DNA of 52,532 bases, the filler included, from Squatina squatina (lineage: Eukaryota): NCBI GenBank assembly GCA_031763465.1. It is 3 parts of 3 records of this genome, joined end to end, with 100 filler letters (N's around TTAATTAATTAA, not from the genome) between each part and the next. Parts side by side here need not be neighbours in the genome. Positions count along the whole stretch, not along the records: positions 39,899 to 52,532 come from JARFOE010000100.1; 2 more parts are not named here. One strand, given 5' to 3'. The notes beneath the pieces were generated by a model, which saw only the letters and a list, made by a program, of their open reading frames with translations, searched no databases and was not told where the DNA came from. Both the position numbers and the translations under genes were made by a program. This document shows, one piece after another, positions 51,588 to 52,532 of the stretch (positions are counted from its first letter, which is position 1; every line of letters begins with the position of its first letter).

Positions 51588-52532
51588 CGAGACAAGCGTG
51601 GAGAGAAGACATCAACATTGGGCTAGCTACTCGTCAAGACATCCTGAAAGCGCTTTACATCACTGCCAACCCGCTGCACAATAAATAATTTGAGTGAAAA
51701 CGTTTTCTATTCAGGGTCAACGATCCAGATTAAAGAGTGGGTTTGTGTATAACACGAAGGAATTACATAAATTTAGTATAAAACATAATATTTGTGTCAG
51801 GATCACATAAAAGATCGTGCCTCAAAACGTTCCAGGCTGCGTACTGGAGGAATCCATCCATCTATTTCGGCATCCAGCACTATTAAATCCCCAAAGTGTT
51901 AACTCACATATGTGCTGTACTCATAAATTATGCACTCCTGCATAACGCTTGTTTATATTCCTGTATATAACGCATTTACTAATCGACCATCGATTCGTTT
52001 TTTGAAGTTTTCAATTCTTTAGTGAACAGGTTTGCTCATCAACTGACCGTGTTTTCTGTGTTTATTATTATACTACTGGATTTTTCGTTAAGTATTTAGG
52101 ATAAAGCTAGTGTTGTGTGGTTAAGTTAAGTCAGACTTGTTGGATAATGCAAGCAATGATTTAATCGGTTGTGTGCGTTATATATACCGTCTATCGGAAA
52201 AGTTTCCAGAAACTCCACAAACAATTAATGGCTTCACAGTTTGAAGTGCCATGACTGTAGGCAAAGACGGCGGCAAGACCCTAAACGAGTGGTTGCTCTG
52301 ATCTTTACACAATTTTAAACCATTTTATCTGGACACTCTTTTCCTTCCGCGCATCCGAAAGTGTTTTTGGAGAGATGGGAAGGACCATTTATGGCACTGT
52401 GGTGATGTTACCGCGTGCTGTGGCACAAACCGGGGTAAATCCGACCTGTTAAAAATCACACCCCATCACATCACGTAAAAGTCACATTAAATGGTCAAAA
52501 ACTCGCCATTCTCTACTATTGCTCATTGTATG

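Overview
Eukaryotic vertebrate DNA, most likely a shark or other elasmobranch, judged from CR1/HER1-type LINE tails and Deu-domain SINEs. It is a fragmentary scaffold of short contigs joined by fixed-length N gaps, two of which contain an artificial TTAATTAATTAA linker, so contig order and adjacency are unreliable. Recognisable exons: a large polytopic GPR1/FUN34/YaaH (SatP/AceTr)-like membrane protein; a GATD3/ES1-like protein; GLOD5; a five-exon non-canonical YrdC/Sua5 domain; CACNB1 head-to-head with RPL19; a p43/TFIIIA-like zinc-finger exon; KCNJ3 exons 2 and 3; and the last exon of SDR39U1. One ungapped 17 kb contig (5165-22532) is repeat-dense. It holds tRNA-Lys(CTT), a tRNA-Phe pseudogene, an H2B fragment, CR1, RTE, Penelope and Tx1 retroelements, two minisatellites (one built from a LINE 3' tail) and a ~2.6 kb duplicated block. 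The two strongest leads are (i) a possible AceTr-like transporter/YrdC-like + GATD3-like + GLOD5 metabolic gene cluster and (ii) two Tx1 elements inserted in tandem at one target whose empty paralogous site is also present in the window.
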